From: a bacterium
GTDB lineage: Bacteria; JAMCPX01
Assembly (NCBI GenBank): GCA_037439545.1
Contig: JBBIVV010000006.1
Coordinates: 28,475 to 69,686 of the forward strand
Direction: 5' to 3'
DNA: 41,212 bases
Part shown: positions 39,314-41,212 of the stretch, piece after piece
How positions within the stretch are numbered: position 1 is the stretch's first letter
Layout of the letters: every line of letters starts with the position of its first letter
The notes under the pieces: model-generated
What the model was told of the DNA's origin: nothing
What the model saw: the letters and a program-made list of their open reading frames with translations, nothing else
Databases searched by the model: none
Position numbers and translations under genes: made by a program

Positions 39314-40471
39314 CTAAATAACGCCTTTATTCTTTAACTGCTCTATCTCCCCCTCAGAATACCCTGTCTGTTTTAAAATCTCGACCGTATGCTCACCCGG
39401 TTTCGGAGCTTTGTTAAAAGCTTCCCGCTGTTCATCCTTATAAAACGGATTCCTTATCGTTAAGGACCTGCCGTCATCCGTATCTACATATCCAAACATG
39501 TTCCTATATCTAATATGGGGATCACTGAGCAATTCATCAAGCTCGTTTACTGGTTCGATACAGACATCATTATCCTTGAAGAATGCCGACCACTCTGACC
39601 TTGTTTTTGTCAAAAAAATATTCTGGACATCATTATAAACCTCATTGAATTCCTCGCCCTTTGCGAACTGCTTATCTATGAGGTCCTTTCTATCTACCAT
39701 CCCGGCAAATCTGACCCAGAACTTCGGCTCAATCGCACCGATTGTTATGAACTTGCCGTCTTTTGTCTTGTAAACATTGTAGCAGGGTATACTGCCGGTG
39801 AGCTCCATCTCCCCTCTTTTTAAACCGCTCTTCATAAAAGTAAGGTAAGGCACCATAAAGCTGATCAGGCTGTCCACCATGGATATATCGAGATAAATGC
39901 CTTTGCCTGTCTTCTCTCTGGTATACAAGCCAAGCATAATGGCACCAAAAGCACTCAGGCTGCCGCCGGCTATATCCCCGATCTGTACGCCGGGAATCAC
40001 GGGTTTTTTCTCACTACCGGTAACACCGAGTGCTCCGGCAATACCTATATAATTCAAATCATGACCTGCTTTATCTGCATAGGGACCGTCTTTGCCGTAT
40101 CCACTCACCGAACAATAAACTATTGCCGGGTTGATCCTGGATATTTCATCATAACCCACTCCGAGTCTGTCCATGACCCCGGGCCTGAATCCCTCGACAA
40201 TGATATCGGCATGTGCCGAGAGCCTCTTAAAAACATCGACGCCTTCGGTCATCTTCAGGTTAAGCTTTACAGCCTTTTTATCCCTGTTCAGGGCATCGAA
40301 AAGACTGCCCGAGCTCTCTCCGACTATGGGCATCCATCTTAAATAATCGCCCGATTCCGTGTCTTCTATCTTGATCACCTCTGCCCCAAGATCGGCAAGA
40401 AACAGGGTAAGTAAAGGGCCTGGTAAAAGCCTTGTCACATCGAGCACCCTCACGCCGTTTAAAAGCTTCAT
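39314..40471 (-). CDS. Family III CoA-transferase (CaiB/BaiF; alpha-methylacyl-CoA racemase-like)
   Basis: L.GVRVLDVTRLLPGP, LADLGAEVIKIE, NRDKK, EGFRPGVMDRLG, GHDLNY, GDIAGG, P.PGEHT. Confidence 0.92.
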   Translation of the reverse strand: MKLLNGVRVLDVTRLLPGPLLTLFLADLGAEVIKIEDTESGDYLRWMPIVGESSGSLFDALNRDKKAVKLNLKMTEGVDVFKRLSAHADIIVEGFRPGVMDRLGVGYDEISRINPAIVYCSVSGYGKDGPYADKAGHDLNYIGIAGALGVTGSEKKPVIPGVQIGDIAGGSLSAFGAIMLGLYTREKTGKGIYLDISMVDSLISFMVPYLTFMKSGLKRGEMELTGSIPCYNVYKTKDGKFITIGAIEPKFWVRFAGMVDRKDLIDKQFAKGEEFNEVYNDVQNIFLTKTRSEWSAFFKDNDVCIEPVNELDELLSDPHIRYRNMFGYVDTDDGRSLTIRNPFYKDEQREAFNKAPKPGEHTVEILKQTGYSEGEIEQLKNKGVI

Positions 40472-41166
40472 AATTTAAATCTCATTCTTAAAACCCTTAT
40501 AAATGCCTCTATAACAATGTCCTTTGACATCTTCGACTGCCCTGCCCTTCTGTCCTCGAATATGATCGGTATCTCTCTTATACCATATCCTGCCTGTTTT
40601 ATCCTGTATGCCATCTCGACCTGAAACCCGTACCCGTCTGATTTAACCTGATCCAGATCGACTTTCTTCAAGGCTTCGATATTGTAGCACCTGAATCCCG
40701 CTGTGATATCTTTTATATCGATTCCGAGTATGGTCCTTGCATATATGTTTCCGGATTTGCTTATGAGCCTTCTGCTTATGCCCCAGTTGACCGTCCCGCC
40801 GCCGTCGACATACCGTGATCCAATCACGAGTCCGCTATCGCCCAGTGATTCCAACAATCTCGGAAGGTCTGACGGCTTGTGTGAAAAATCCGCATCCATC
40901 TCAAATACGACGCCGTACCCCTTGTCAATGGCATATCTAATACCCTGATTATAGGCATTGCCCATACCCATTTTCTTCGGTCTGTGGATGACACGTATGG
41001 ACTGGTTCTTGCCTGCGAGCTCATCCGCTATTTCCCCCGTACCGTCGGGGGAGTTGTCGTCGATGATAAGTATTTCCGTGCCGGGCAGGCACTCAAAAAC
41101 ATCATGCACGAGCCTCTCTATATTCTCGGATTCGATGTAGGTGGGTATGATAACAAGCATTCTCAT
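40468..41166 (-). CDS. Polyprenol monophosphomannose synthase (Ppm1/DPM1-like GT2)
   Basis: VIIPTY.E.ENI, IDDNSPDGTG, G.G.AY..G, EMDADFSH.P, GSRYV.GG, D.TAGFR, GYGFQVEM, PIIFEDRRAGQSKMS. Confidence 0.9.
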   Translation of the reverse strand: MRMLVIIPTYIESENIERLVHDVFECLPGTEILIIDDNSPDGTGEIADELAGKNQSIRVIHRPKKMGMGNAYNQGIRYAIDKGYGVVFEMDADFSHKPSDLPRLLESLGDSGLVIGSRYVDGGGTVNWGISRRLISKSGNIYARTILGIDIKDITAGFRCYNIEALKKVDLDQVKSDGYGFQVEMAYRIKQAGYGIREIPIIFEDRRAGQSKMSKDIVIEAFIRVLRMRFKL

Positions 41167-41212
41167 GGCTCTATAATCCCTTCAAAGTCATAGCATTTAT
41201 AAATATAAAATG

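Noticed and set aside
1..41212. CRISPR array, tRNA/rRNA, transposase, integrase, prophage or defence genes
   Set aside because: No regularly spaced direct repeats or RNA-gene signatures were seen; intergenic gaps are under about 200 nt and the long ORFs have other assignments.

Overview
A gene-dense 41-kb chromosomal segment from a diderm (LPS-containing) bacterium. Gene content and order resemble Deltaproteobacteria-like lineages (inference). It is mostly housekeeping: tetrapyrrole synthesis (sirC/cysG-N, ccsA-like, hemA, hemC, cobA-hemD), an acyl-CoA dehydrogenase with a perfect FadR-type operator, an envelope cluster (lptFG; yacG-tamB-Omp85-SurA-like-rimK), a trp cluster with TrpB2 but no trpA/trpB1, a TMTC-like GT-C/TPR protein, ppx, an exported START protein, livKHMG (no livF), hisBHAF(IE), a CaiB-family CoA-transferase and a polyprenol-P-mannose synthase. 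Best leads: (1) a left-end module made of a Slam/DUF560-like barrel tail, an exported FecR-domain protein and a charge-poor Tyr/Thr-rich lipoprotein; (2) two diverged copies of a ~101-bp MITE/REPIN-like element with ACCCCGTTAGAAA-type ends (2773-2874, 19345-19445); (3) the trpB2-only trp cluster. I saw no rRNA, tRNA, CRISPR array or transposase. All calls come from reading motifs by eye; no database searches were run.
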